A program made the translations under genes and the position numbers. From Verrucomicrobiota bacterium (lineage in GTDB: Bacteria; Verrucomicrobiota; Verrucomicrobiia; Limisphaerales; JACDHS01): 64,000 nt of DNA. Below the pieces are notes generated by a model, which had not been told where the DNA came from, made no database searches, and worked only from the letters and a program-made list of their open reading frames with translations. Of this stretch, positions 28,850 to 38,960 are shown piece by piece. The DNA lies in the NCBI GenBank assembly GCA_013820875.1, contig JACDHS010000004.1:20563-84562 (forward strand), in the 5' to 3' direction. Positions within the stretch are counted from its first letter, which is position 1; each line of letters begins with the position of its first letter.

Positions 28850-30379
28850 TTACGGCGAGGCAATAATGTTCGTTGGGATCTGTACTAGATTTGTGGAGTT
28901 CGCCAGCATGACGACGATTGAATCCAGGGCGGCTTTATTCTCCATTTCGGATTGATTGCAGTTATTCAGCATCATCGAAAAGATCAGTCGTTCTCCACTG
29001 GCATTGGTGAGATAGCCCGATAGGGCGGCAACCTTTGGGAGAGTTCCCGTCTTGGCGCGAAGATTCTTTGCAGCGCTGGTGTTTGCAAAGCGACTCATCA
29101 GGGTGCCATCCACTGCAGCAAGCGGAAGGCTGTTGATGAAGGTGTTCGAATACTTGTGTTCAGCCATATACTTAAGCAAGGCCACATTGGCGTTCGCTGT
29201 CACCAGTCCGTCTCGAGACAAACCGGCGCCATCCTCCAGCAACACTTCTTCAGGATTGATATTAGCTTGTATCAAGAAGCTCTCGAGCATCTTTAGCCCA
29301 GCTTTTTCGGTGTTAAGGTGTGGGTTCTCTGTGTATTTGGATCCCACTTGCAGAAGCAGCAATTGCGCATAAAGCCCCTGGGAGTTTTTTAGGGTCTTGT
29401 TAATGATCTCTGAAAGTGGACGCGAATTCACTGAGCAAATTTCCACCATTTGCGAGTAATCCACAGGGCGATCCTGGCGTTCCAGCCAATTCACCGAACG
29501 AGTTCTGCCGCTAACTGTGATTCCCTTTTCAACAAGCCGTTTTTTAAGTTGTTCCGCAAAGAGCGCCGCTGGATCGGGCATTGCCACCGCTTCGGTGGCG
29601 CCCTTTGTATTTTGAACCGAAAGACTGCCGGAGAAATAAATATTTGTGTCGCCAGGTGCACGGTAAAATCGGATTCCAGATCCGTCAGAACTGGTTGTCC
29701 TGGTGCGATTGATTATTCGGACAAGCGCTGTTTCCGGCTGGCCAACGAAAGTGCAGGGATCTCCAACGCGACTGCCAGGTTTGATTGTGTAACGAATCAC
29801 ATTATCATCAATCGAGAGTGCGGAAGCCGCCGCCCCATAGTGATACTGCAAATCTTCCCATTTCCAACCTGATCCGATACCCGAACCCCGGAAGAAACTC
29901 TCATCGGCCACAATGTCCCCATTGATGCGTTTGACGCCACTTGCAGCAATCGCATCCACCAACGATTTCAAAGATCGCGCGTAAGCACCGTAGTTGAACC
30001 GTTGTGAAAATGTAGGATCGCCACGCCCATAAACGATTACATCTCCTGCGACGATGCCCGAGGAGTCAGCTTTGGTATTCGCGTAAACAGAAGTTCTAAT
30101 TCGGTAGTCCGGGCTCAGTTGATCCAAGGCAAGAGCTGTAACATATAACTTCGCGTTCGAGGCAGGTTTTAAGAAATTCGCGGCGTTGTGCTCGAATATC
30201 GTGTTTGAATCACCGTGTTGCACCTTGAGCCCCCAAATAGATTGCAAAAAATGATGCTCCGCAATCTGCATTTTAATGCCCACTGCTGGAGACGAAGGGT
30301 TAAGGAGCGGAGCGGAAGATTGGCTGAGCGCCTGTGCTACCGGTATGATGATTGAGCAAAAAACAAAAAGTCGATTCAT
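28850..30379 (-). CDS. dacB: D-Ala-D-Ala carboxypeptidase/endopeptidase (PBP4, S13)
   Basis: PASNAK (SxxK), GRGDP, DGAGLSR, AKTGT. Confidence 0.9.
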   Translation of the reverse strand: MNRLFVFCSIIIPVAQALSQSSAPLLNPSSPAVGIKMQIAEHHFLQSIWGLKVQHGDSNTIFEHNAANFLKPASNAKLYVTALALDQLSPDYRIRTSVYANTKADSSGIVAGDVIVYGRGDPTFSQRFNYGAYARSLKSLVDAIAASGVKRINGDIVADESFFRGSGIGSGWKWEDLQYHYGAAASALSIDDNVIRYTIKPGSRVGDPCTFVGQPETALVRIINRTRTTSSDGSGIRFYRAPGDTNIYFSGSLSVQNTKGATEAVAMPDPAALFAEQLKKRLVEKGITVSGRTRSVNWLERQDRPVDYSQMVEICSVNSRPLSEIINKTLKNSQGLYAQLLLLQVGSKYTENPHLNTEKAGLKMLESFLIQANINPEEVLLEDGAGLSRDGLVTANANVALLKYMAEHKYSNTFINSLPLAAVDGTLMSRFANTSAAKNLRAKTGTLPKVAALSGYLTNASGERLIFSMMLNNCNQSEMENKAALDSIVVMLANSTNLVQIPTNIIASP

Positions 30380-30465
30380 CGGAATAAATGGTGTGCAATT
30401 TTTACATTATCCTTTCGTCACCATCAACACAGTACGCGATCTTCGTAAGAATTGCGGTTCGCTCG

Positions 30466-30816
30466 TCAGTGTCCAAAAATTTCGAATTCAAACTGCGGAT
30501 TACAAAGATATTGGGTTTTGGCGAAGACTTCAGGAGAAAGACCGTGCGCTTTTTTAAATTCTCGAGAAAAGTGGTTGCTCTTTTTAAATCCCAGAGAAAA
30601 GGCAACCTCCTTCACCATCCTGTCTCCATTTAGCAAGTGCTTAGCATCATCAAGACGTAAGTGATTAAGCCATTCCTGTAGTTTAAGTCCAAAGACATCT
30701 CGAAAATGGCGCTGCAACTGACGTTGTGATATCCCGCACGCCTGGGCTAACTTCGCAGAAGAGTACCTCCCACACCTCGCCAGGCACGGCCAGCTATATA
30801 TCTTGTATGACCACAT
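30466..30816 (-). CDS. AraC-type HTH-only regulator
   Basis: LA..CGIS.RQLQRHF, VKEVAFSLGF..SNHFSREFKK.HGLSP. Confidence 0.88.
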   Translation of the reverse strand: MWSYKIYSWPCLARCGRYSSAKLAQACGISQRQLQRHFRDVFGLKLQEWLNHLRLDDAKHLLNGDRMVKEVAFSLGFKKSNHFSREFKKAHGLSPEVFAKTQYLCNPQFEFEIFGH

Positions 30817-31502
30817 CGCAACTTCGCTCTTGTTCTAGTGTGGGTGGGGTAAAGCACCATAATTAGCATCAGGTAGTAGGGTCAAGTGTATTTCTTCAAC
30901 TAGAAGTTTCCCTTTTAGGATTGAGTTGCCTCAAAAGCTACGGTCAGGGGTGCTGAAAAGCCTCTCAAATCAGCACGCAGCAAAAACTTCGTTGCCTGCG
31001 GTTGAATCAAATGACCCCGCAAAGGATAAAGAAGAACAGGAATAGCTTCATTTCGAAAAAAACGGAAAAGCCATAAAAAACCGACTTCGCTCGTGAAACA
31101 GACCCATTCCCATATTTCCGTCAACGATAGTTTGTCGCGCATAGATACTTCAATTCTCTTGAGAACGGTGACGCACTCACTAGGGTGTGCATCTAGATAC
31201 CAATGCGTGAAACAACTAATACTATTGCGGCATTCACCGGCACGTTGGTCAAACCGGTTCTGACGGCAGCATGCTATAATAGTATGATAACTAACTTCTT
31301 AACCAGAAGCTTCAGTGCCGCCAATGTTGGCTTAATAAAGGCAGCAGGCATTCCGCTTTCTCTTTGTGGTGCGGCGAACCGCAGAAGCGAATGGTATCTA
31401 AGAATTTACTCAGACAACAAATGGGAAGAGTTGGGGACTCTGGTGAGTTCTTGACTGGCTGGTAAGCCTATTTTCCATTTGAGTGTTGAGTAGAGAAAAA
31501 CA

Positions 31503-31754
31503 ATGAAAAAACTGATACAACTCGTAATGGGTGGACTACTGGCATTGGCTTTGCTGGTCGGTCCTGCCAATGCAGCTACATCCTGCTCCGACGGAAAAGC
31601 ATCGTGGACCTGTGAGAGTGGCACCGTTTGCTGCTCTTACACATCTTGGACATGCGGTCTGATCAAAGTAGGCCCGATCTGGATACCGTGGTGCACCTCA
31701 GAGCGGATCAATACTTGTGTTCCGAGCGGATCGCCCTGCCCGATTCCATCATAA
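31503..31754 (+). CDS. Secreted Cys/Trp-rich small protein
   Basis: Signal peptide ending ANA; about 59-aa mature part with 8 Cys and 4 Trp. Confidence 0.8.
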   Translation: MKKLIQLVMGGLLALALLVGPANAATSCSDGKASWTCESGTVCCSYTSWTCGLIKVGPIWIPWCTSERINTCVPSGSPCPIPS

Positions 31755-31793
31755 GCTTCTTTTAAAAGAGAAGATCAGAGGTGGTTTTCTATT

Positions 31794-32759
31794 ATGGAAA
31801 ACCACCTCAATAAAGTAAACTATATGAAGAAGTCTCAAAACAATCGTCGTTGGCTGTTTCTCGGTATTTTCCTGCCCCTAATTATTTTTGCAATAATCGC
31901 CTCAATCAGCATCAAGAAATCCAAACTGGGTGCGGAACAGGCGTTCAATTCCCCAGAAGCGGCTAAGGTTCGTCAAATATTGACCAATTGGAATAGTGGC
32001 GACTTTCATCCGATTACCACGCGGGAGGAAATCAAAGCTGAACTGTCGGAGCGTTTGACCCCAATATCCGACTTCTCTGCCCTTGAGAATACGCAAAGAT
32101 TAGCGCTCCTCGATTCACTCGGCAGCTTTTTTCTTGCATACCATTCTTCGGATTTAACGGACTTTTTCGCCTTTCGCATTCCGGCCTCAGCTCAATCTGG
32201 ACAAAGCTATGTTGCGAATCTTGGAGAGATTAACAAGTACAAGCGATTTCTACCGTCATCCGATGTAATCGATAAAGAGCTAAAAAAGGCGGGCAATGCG
32301 AATTCTGCTGCTGAGCTTGGATATGATCTCTCCAAGCCGCTTTTTGTAATCGAAACCTATCGGGGATTTATAGATACAGCGTCTCGCAAAAAGCAGGGGA
32401 GCACTACTCCCTGTGTTACTTGCTTGACTGCCGTAAATTTTGACACCCTACATTTTCGGTCGGAAGTAGTGACAAGTGTAGAAGCGTTATCTCTGCAGCA
32501 AGTGGTAAGTGGAATGGACTCCATTGGTATGGTCCAGCCATTGCCCGATATTTCATTTCAACCATCCGCCCGTGACGTGATACGGGACACCGGATCAGTT
32601 AGATATGCATCCATGGTAGTCACTGTGCAGGCCGAACGATTTGGCATCAAGGCATTTCCAGTGGCGGTACTTTGGTATTGGGCACCCTCGCTAGGCACAT
32701 GGCTTCCAGAGGAAATGCTCCTTTTGTCCAGGTTGAACGCTGCAGATATAATGTTTTGA
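31794..32759 (+). CDS. Membrane-anchored hypothetical protein with CxxC
   Basis: Single N-terminal TM; PCVTC motif. Confidence 0.75.
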   Translation: MENHLNKVNYMKKSQNNRRWLFLGIFLPLIIFAIIASISIKKSKLGAEQAFNSPEAAKVRQILTNWNSGDFHPITTREEIKAELSERLTPISDFSALENTQRLALLDSLGSFFLAYHSSDLTDFFAFRIPASAQSGQSYVANLGEINKYKRFLPSSDVIDKELKKAGNANSAAELGYDLSKPLFVIETYRGFIDTASRKKQGSTTPCVTCLTAVNFDTLHFRSEVVTSVEALSLQQVVSGMDSIGMVQPLPDISFQPSARDVIRDTGSVRYASMVVTVQAERFGIKAFPVAVLWYWAPSLGTWLPEEMLLLSRLNAADIMF

Positions 32760-32772
32760 GACGCAACAAGTT

Positions 32773-33246
32773 GTGAAGATTAAAATGACTTTTACAATTG
32801 CAATGCGGGCATTTATTGTTTTTGCTGTGTTACTGCTCTCTTTCACTTCGTTGATGAAACTGAACGATGCAATATTTAGTTCCAGCCCGGAGATAAGAAG
32901 CCCGGATCCGGTAATATCTTTCCTTCGACAGAAAGAACTTTACCTGCTTGTTGGTCTGCTCGAATTGGGAGTAATTCTGTATTGCTGCAGCAAGAAAAAT
33001 ATATGGAATAAATGTTTAATTATATTAAGTTTGTCCAACTGCTTCGTCATTTACCGATTTGCTCTTTATTCCATGGATAAGCTTCACTGTTCTTGCGCGG
33101 GAATATGGGCGCAAAGCAATTCTCTAGTACAGAAATCAACGATGGTTGCGTTAATACTATTGCTTATTGGTTCAGCGGCTGGAGTATTTTTCTGCCGCCC
33201 TAAAAAATCTGACGCTCAAATGCTTAGCGAACGATTAGAATTGTGA
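32773..33246 (+). CDS. MauE/DoxX-like membrane protein
   Basis: 4 TM; K after TM1, E in TM2 (GLLEL), CSCAG loop motif. Confidence 0.65.
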   Translation: MKIKMTFTIAMRAFIVFAVLLLSFTSLMKLNDAIFSSSPEIRSPDPVISFLRQKELYLLVGLLELGVILYCCSKKNIWNKCLIILSLSNCFVIYRFALYSMDKLHCSCAGIWAQSNSLVQKSTMVALILLLIGSAAGVFFCRPKKSDAQMLSERLEL

Positions 33247-33307
33247 GTAGCAGACTCAACTCATGAAGGCATCTCTACATTGTCATTTGCAGTAACCTCG
33301 TAGGACA

Positions 33308-35440
33308 ATGATTACACTGAAATCTATTCGAGGCGCCTTCTGCCTGGCATTAGGTTTGGCCCTGGCTATATTTTTTGAGAAACAAGGCCTCAAAGCAGAC
33401 CATTTTATCACAATTTGGGCTCATCGTTTCTCTCAGGCGTTCGAAGACCCAGATACCCAGTGGCTGTTTGTAGTTTTTTGCGTTTCTTATTTCGTAGTCT
33501 TGTCCGCCCTTTTTCGCCCTTCGCAAAAGTCTGCTATTTTGGGTTGGACGCTAGGAGAACTATGGATTGCAGGGCTCCTTCTCGGGGTGCTTATTCCTTA
33601 TGCCAGTAATTATTCAAATGCCTCGCAATCTACTGACGCTTTGATTGTTGTCGCAGGGTTGTGCATTGGCCGCGCCACCATCGTGGTTGCACAATTGATC
33701 ACTCGGTCGGGTTATGCATCCATGCAAGCAATCGTTCTTGCTCTGCTTATGGTCTTTTTGGTAGCCGCCTGTCTTGGACATGGCCAGAGTGGCGATGTTT
33801 ATCATTACCAAGGACAGCCCCGTTGGACCGGTCCCTGGCGGAACCCAAACACGTGCGGATTACTTATGGGCGTTGGATTTGCTCTTTCATTGGGGCTTTT
33901 GCTTAGGGGACGCAGACCGAAAAGTGCTGTTCTGGAAGAGCGACTGGAAACGATTGTTATATTAGCCGCAATTGTGATATTTGGCATTTGCCTCACGATC
34001 ACATTCAGTCGTGGGGCTTGGGTTGGAACCTTTTGCGCAGTCATATATCTCTGCATTAAGCGATTAAGCTCCTCTACGATATCAATCGTTCCGGGTAGAG
34101 AGCGAATGCATAGAAATGGGCTGATATGCTGTATACTCGTTGTTGGAATTGGTGTGGCGGGTTGGAGCGGAACACGTTTGCTCACTCCAGACTCGCGGTT
34201 GGAGAAACGGCTCCAATCGTTTACTAACATCAACGATTTTTCTTGGCGCAATCGTGTTAGCACCTGGGTGGGAATGCTTCAGATGATTAGTGATCGTCCT
34301 GTTTCGGGTTTTGGATGGAAAGAAATGGAGGGTAGCTATATCGATTATTACAGGCCTGTCGGTTTAAACGATGGACTTGCCGTACGGGTAAACAATTACC
34401 TTGGGGCTGCCGCCTCTGCGGGGATAGCGCTCCTTGCTTGTTTGGTGGGGTATATCTGCATTTCTTGGCCCGGAAATCGGCACCCCAGTGATCTCAAGGT
34501 AAAGAGTGGAACGTTCTGGGGCCGGGAGGATTGGCTTTTAGTGGTGGTTCAGGCCGGAGCCATTGTGTTTGTTGTAGGGTTTTGGTTTGACGGAGGGCTT
34601 TTTCAAATGGCCACGGCGGTTCCGTTTTGGTTGTTGCTTCAGATGCACGCGCTTAGATCTAAAGGCGTCGGCGAAAAGGAAATTGGAGGGAAGGATTCTC
34701 GCCCGAGTGCTGGAATTGTGGCGGAATTGTCGGATTCAGCAAAGGCATTGAAAAACTACTATATGCGGTGGCCTAAGACTCTGCGAGTTGTAATAACAAT
34801 ACCGGCAGTTCTAATCGGCATTTGCTTGATCTTACCTCCCCTGCAAATCCTTTTTGCGCGTTTCCATTCGCCTGCCAAGACAGTTGCGGTTCACGGAACT
34901 AACATTTCTGCAAGGGCTCATCTATCCGAGGTTTCCTCGGATTTTCTTACTTGTGTATGGGTTTCTGAGGATCGCAGGTTTTTCACGCATAGCGGTTTTG
35001 ATTGGGAGGAAATCAGAAATGCAAGAGAAGAAGCAAAACGCACCGGCAAGCCACCGCGAGGGGCTTCGACCATAACTCAACAATGTGCTCGTTCTTTGTA
35101 CTTATGGCAGGGGCGGTCTTGGATACGAAAAGGATTGGAAGCTTATTACAGTATTTGGATGGAATTATTGCTTTCGAAGGTGCGAATTTTGGAGTTGTAC
35201 GTCAATGTGATTGAGTTGGGGGATGGAATCTATGGAATTGAAGCGGCGTCACAACATTATTATGGAGTATCTTCCGCTGAACTCACTCGAGAGCAGGCGG
35301 CGATGTTGGTGGCAATTATGCCAAATCCCAAGCAATGGGATCCGCTGAACCCTAACGAGCGTGTGCAGCGTCGTCAGGCTATGATTTTGCAGCGCACGGA
35401 ACACGCGAAGTTTCCGCTCAGCCTGGAGGAGAAAAGATAA
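33308..35440 (+). CDS. O-antigen ligase-like domain fused to a monofunctional peptidoglycan transglycosylase (GT51)
   Basis: GPWRNPN, TFSRGAW, RPVSGFG; C-terminal EDRRFFTHSGFD, RGASTITQQ, RKGLE, LELYVN. Confidence 0.85.
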   Translation: MITLKSIRGAFCLALGLALAIFFEKQGLKADHFITIWAHRFSQAFEDPDTQWLFVVFCVSYFVVLSALFRPSQKSAILGWTLGELWIAGLLLGVLIPYASNYSNASQSTDALIVVAGLCIGRATIVVAQLITRSGYASMQAIVLALLMVFLVAACLGHGQSGDVYHYQGQPRWTGPWRNPNTCGLLMGVGFALSLGLLLRGRRPKSAVLEERLETIVILAAIVIFGICLTITFSRGAWVGTFCAVIYLCIKRLSSSTISIVPGRERMHRNGLICCILVVGIGVAGWSGTRLLTPDSRLEKRLQSFTNINDFSWRNRVSTWVGMLQMISDRPVSGFGWKEMEGSYIDYYRPVGLNDGLAVRVNNYLGAAASAGIALLACLVGYICISWPGNRHPSDLKVKSGTFWGREDWLLVVVQAGAIVFVVGFWFDGGLFQMATAVPFWLLLQMHALRSKGVGEKEIGGKDSRPSAGIVAELSDSAKALKNYYMRWPKTLRVVITIPAVLIGICLILPPLQILFARFHSPAKTVAVHGTNISARAHLSEVSSDFLTCVWVSEDRRFFTHSGFDWEEIRNAREEAKRTGKPPRGASTITQQCARSLYLWQGRSWIRKGLEAYYSIWMELLLSKVRILELYVNVIELGDGIYGIEAASQHYYGVSSAELTREQAAMLVAIMPNPKQWDPLNPNERVQRRQAMILQRTEHAKFPLSLEEKR

Positions 35441-35441
35441 T

Positions 35442-36806
35442 ATGGATCAGCTTTCACAAGGTCAGATTGAATTTGTTCGAAAGGAGAGAGTTTTCAAACG
35501 CGGGATGTCGTTGATCATCATTAATACGATACTCATTCTACTGGCATTGTTGCTGTCGGGATGCAGTCAGCAGGAAGGACGCGTTTTGAATGGTGATGAT
35601 AATACCCCAATTGTGGGAGCAACCATTTATCATAATGGACAGGTCGCCCAGTCAGACAATGAGGGGCGTTTTAAATTGAACAGGCCTGACCTGAATAAGC
35701 CTCTGCTGGTTAAGGCTGTTGGTTTTCGCCGAATATCTGTTCCATTGAAACGATACATTCGTCCCAACGCACGCCTGGAGAGCTTTCAGGCCAAGGCCGT
35801 TTACTTGTCTCACGCAGGTGTCGGTGCGGCCCATTTGCGTAATCCTGTGTTGGACCTGATAGCTGAAACAGATGTGAATGCGGTGGTGGTGGATGTCAAA
35901 GGGCAACGAGGATTATTTAGTTTCTCCTGGGAAATCCCAATAGGTCACCAAATCGGTGCCTTTTCAAAAATCACCATCGAAGATCCGGATGCATTTATTC
36001 ACCAAATGCGCGAAAAGAACATTTACGTGATCGGACGTGTGTGCGTGTTCAAAGACGAGGCATTGGCCAACAACAAGTCGGAATGGGCCGCTATAGATCC
36101 GAAGAGCAACAAGCCATTTCGGGATACTGACAAAATTCCGTGGATGGATCCGTTCCGCAAAGAAGTTTGGGAATACAACCTGGCCATCGCGAAGGCTGCG
36201 GCTGAAGTAGGCTTCGATGAGATTCAATTTGATTATCTCCGTTTTCCCACTGCCCCCGTTAAGTATTCAAAAGAGAACACGAAAGAAGCTCGTGAAGGCG
36301 TCATAAAGGAATTTCTGGCAAAAGCACAAAAAGAACTGCAACCATATAATGTCTATCTCTCTGTAGCCACTTCTGGGATTTCCCTCTGGAAGCAGGGTGA
36401 TGCCGATATTGGACAGGATCTTGCGATTATTGCGCCATTAGTCGATTACATTTCGCCATATATTTTCCCCTCCGACTTACCCGCCGGAGCATTAAATCTG
36501 AAAACGAACGCTGCTGCGGTTCCGGGAGAAGCTGTCACCGCCGCTTTGGAGATGGGAATTCAACGCATCGGCAATCAGCCGGAAAAAATTCGGCCTTGGC
36601 TGCAAAGCTTCAAAGACTATTCGCGTTTACGTCGAGAGTTTAAGGAGGAGGAAATTGCAGAGGAAATTGCAGCCTGTGCTGATGCCGGCACCGCTGGTTG
36701 GATATTCTTCAATCCTGAAAACAAATATCCTTATGTTTCTGGAGCCCTGGAGAAGGCGAAGCAGCATGTTTCGGGTAAAAACAAAATCGCCCAGGTCCAA
36801 CCATGA
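35442..36806 (+). CDS. DUF4015-like putative glycoside hydrolase lipoprotein
   Basis: LSGC lipobox, NAVVVDVK, GFDEIQFDYLRFP, RPWLQ.F. Confidence 0.85.
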   Translation: MDQLSQGQIEFVRKERVFKRGMSLIIINTILILLALLLSGCSQQEGRVLNGDDNTPIVGATIYHNGQVAQSDNEGRFKLNRPDLNKPLLVKAVGFRRISVPLKRYIRPNARLESFQAKAVYLSHAGVGAAHLRNPVLDLIAETDVNAVVVDVKGQRGLFSFSWEIPIGHQIGAFSKITIEDPDAFIHQMREKNIYVIGRVCVFKDEALANNKSEWAAIDPKSNKPFRDTDKIPWMDPFRKEVWEYNLAIAKAAAEVGFDEIQFDYLRFPTAPVKYSKENTKEAREGVIKEFLAKAQKELQPYNVYLSVATSGISLWKQGDADIGQDLAIIAPLVDYISPYIFPSDLPAGALNLKTNAAAVPGEAVTAALEMGIQRIGNQPEKIRPWLQSFKDYSRLRREFKEEEIAEEIAACADAGTAGWIFFNPENKYPYVSGALEKAKQHVSGKNKIAQVQP

Positions 36807-38140
36807 TTCATCGATTTCTCAAAACAGTTTTCTGGGGGATAGTGGCTGTCAACCTGTTGACAGGATGCAGCCAGCACTCAGGAGTAGTGCTCGATGATTC
36901 CTCGCAAAAACCAATTGCTGGGGCGACTATCTTCCACAACGGGAAAATGACGCTTTCAGGAGCGGACGGCGAGTTTGTCTTGAAACGGGTAAATTGGGAA
37001 AAGCCGGTTCTGGTCAAGGCATCTGGATTTCGCCGAACACAAACGAACCTGGCGCGTGAGGAACCGGTTCGCATCTCACTCGAGCCATTTGATGCAAAAG
37101 GAGTTTACCTGTCTTATTATGGTGTGCGGTCTGACACAGTGCGTGGGCGTGTTTTGCAGTTGATCGAAAACACGAGCATCAATGCAGTCGTCATTGATGT
37201 TAAGCCTGACGAAGGGACTCTCAGTTTTCAATGGAGCATTCCGTTAGCGGAAAAGATCGGATCCATGTCGCGTCCCACAATTGATGATCCGGAAGAATTC
37301 ATTGCGGAATTACATGCAAAGGGAATTTACGTCATCGGGCGCATTTCAGTTTTTAAAGATAACCTTCTCGCCAGCAAACGACCTGAGTGGACGATTCAAA
37401 GTGTGAAGACAGGGTCGCCGTATGCGGAACGAGACAAAATGGCGTGGATGGATCCGTTTCGGACTGAGGTTTGGGATTATAACATCTCTGTTGCAAAAGC
37501 GGCTGCTGAGGCGGGCTTTGATGAAGTGCAATTTGATTACGTTCGCTTTCCGGTGAACACAGGGCCAACGGTGGCGACCTATCGAAAAGAGTACAGTGCA
37601 GTAAACCGTGGAGAGGCGATTGTCGGCTTCCTTAAGAAAGCTTATCAGGAATTGCTTCCTTACAACGTCTTTGTCGCAGCCGATGTGTTTGGTATCACTT
37701 GTTGGTATGACGATGAAAGCGGCATCGGACAGCCCCTTAGAGAAATGTCTAAATGGGCCGATTATGTGTGTCCAATGGTGTATCCTTCCGGGTTTACAAC
37801 GGGTTTTATGAATACTGACGAAAAGCCAGTAGCAATCCCTCGTGAAGTTATCTTGTGGTCCATGCAGAAAGCGCTTCCGATCGTTAATGGACAGCACAAA
37901 AAGCTTCGCCCGTGGCTTCAGAATTTCAAGGATTATGCATACGACCGGCGTCAATTCACAGACCGCGAGATAGCGTTACAGATTTTTGCGTCTGACGAGG
38001 CCAACACGAGCGGTTGGTTACTCTGGGACGCAGGAAATAAATACAATCACACGGCCGAGGCGTTGCAGCTTTTAGAAACTGGAAGCGTTTCTAATTTGCT
38101 AAACAAGCCACTAATCGCGGAACAAAAGGTATCTCAATGA
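36803..38140 (+). CDS. DUF4015-like putative glycoside hydrolase lipoprotein (paralog of the previous gene)
   Basis: LTGC lipobox, GFDEVQFDYVRFP, PMVYPS, RPWLQNF. Confidence 0.87.
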   Translation: MIHRFLKTVFWGIVAVNLLTGCSQHSGVVLDDSSQKPIAGATIFHNGKMTLSGADGEFVLKRVNWEKPVLVKASGFRRTQTNLAREEPVRISLEPFDAKGVYLSYYGVRSDTVRGRVLQLIENTSINAVVIDVKPDEGTLSFQWSIPLAEKIGSMSRPTIDDPEEFIAELHAKGIYVIGRISVFKDNLLASKRPEWTIQSVKTGSPYAERDKMAWMDPFRTEVWDYNISVAKAAAEAGFDEVQFDYVRFPVNTGPTVATYRKEYSAVNRGEAIVGFLKKAYQELLPYNVFVAADVFGITCWYDDESGIGQPLREMSKWADYVCPMVYPSGFTTGFMNTDEKPVAIPREVILWSMQKALPIVNGQHKKLRPWLQNFKDYAYDRRQFTDREIALQIFASDEANTSGWLLWDAGNKYNHTAEALQLLETGSVSNLLNKPLIAEQKVSQ

Positions 38141-38946
38141 AAAAGCGTCTAAGACCAGAACTGGCAATGACATTGATAGAACTGCTGGTCGTGATCGCAA
38201 TTATTGCAATCCTGGCTGGATTGCTTCTGCCAGCTTTGGCTAAGAGTAAAGCAAAAGCTCAACAAGCCTCTTGCCTGGGAAATCTGCGCCAGCTAACCAT
38301 GGCGTGGAAGATGTATGCCGACGAGAATGACGGAAGGTTCGTGCCGGTCTTTTACTTTCAAGCAGGAAAAATCAATTCCAACGCCTGGGTCCGGGGCAGC
38401 ATGGACGATGATATATCCACCTATCCGCCGGTCGAACCGGGCATTTTGGATTCCACCAACGTAAATGGATTGCGGTTTGGTGGACTTTACAAATATCTAA
38501 ATTCTCCGCGGGTTTATCGATGCCCAGCCGATAAAAGTGAAACGAATCGCGTTCAAAAAGTGAGGAGTTATTCGATCAACGGTTGGATGGGAGGCACTTA
38601 TGTTGCCGGTCAAAGCAACTATTGGGTTTTTAAGAAGGAAGCCGATCTTGTCAATCCGTCGCCCTCCGCTGCCTGGGTGTTTTTGGATGAGCATGAGCGC
38701 AGCATTAACGACGGCTGGTTTGCTGTAGATATGAAGGGGAGTCGAGGTCTGCTGGACGCTCCAGCGGCTCGGCATAATTTCGGCTACGGCATCACTTTTG
38801 CCGACGGGCATTCAGAGATTTGGAAACTGGAAGATGGACGCAGCCGCAATTGGGAATCACTGCCGATTAGTAATCGTCCGCGCAACCCTGATTGGGAAAA
38901 GTTAAGTGCAGCAACCACCAGCTTAAAGGAAGCGCCCGCAAATTAA
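38137..38946 (+). CDS. Prepilin-type N-terminal methylation / H-X9-DG domain protein
   Basis: TLIELLVVIAIIAILAGLLLPAL; RH...FADGH. Confidence 0.9.
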   Translation: MKKRLRPELAMTLIELLVVIAIIAILAGLLLPALAKSKAKAQQASCLGNLRQLTMAWKMYADENDGRFVPVFYFQAGKINSNAWVRGSMDDDISTYPPVEPGILDSTNVNGLRFGGLYKYLNSPRVYRCPADKSETNRVQKVRSYSINGWMGGTYVAGQSNYWVFKKEADLVNPSPSAAWVFLDEHERSINDGWFAVDMKGSRGLLDAPAARHNFGYGITFADGHSEIWKLEDGRSRNWESLPISNRPRNPDWEKLSAATTSLKEAPAN

Positions 38947-38960
38947 TTTCTTCTGTATCC

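Noticed and set aside
31203-31454. 83-aa ORF upstream of the Cys-rich peptide
   Set aside because: No motif, RBS or compositional support; more likely regulatory DNA
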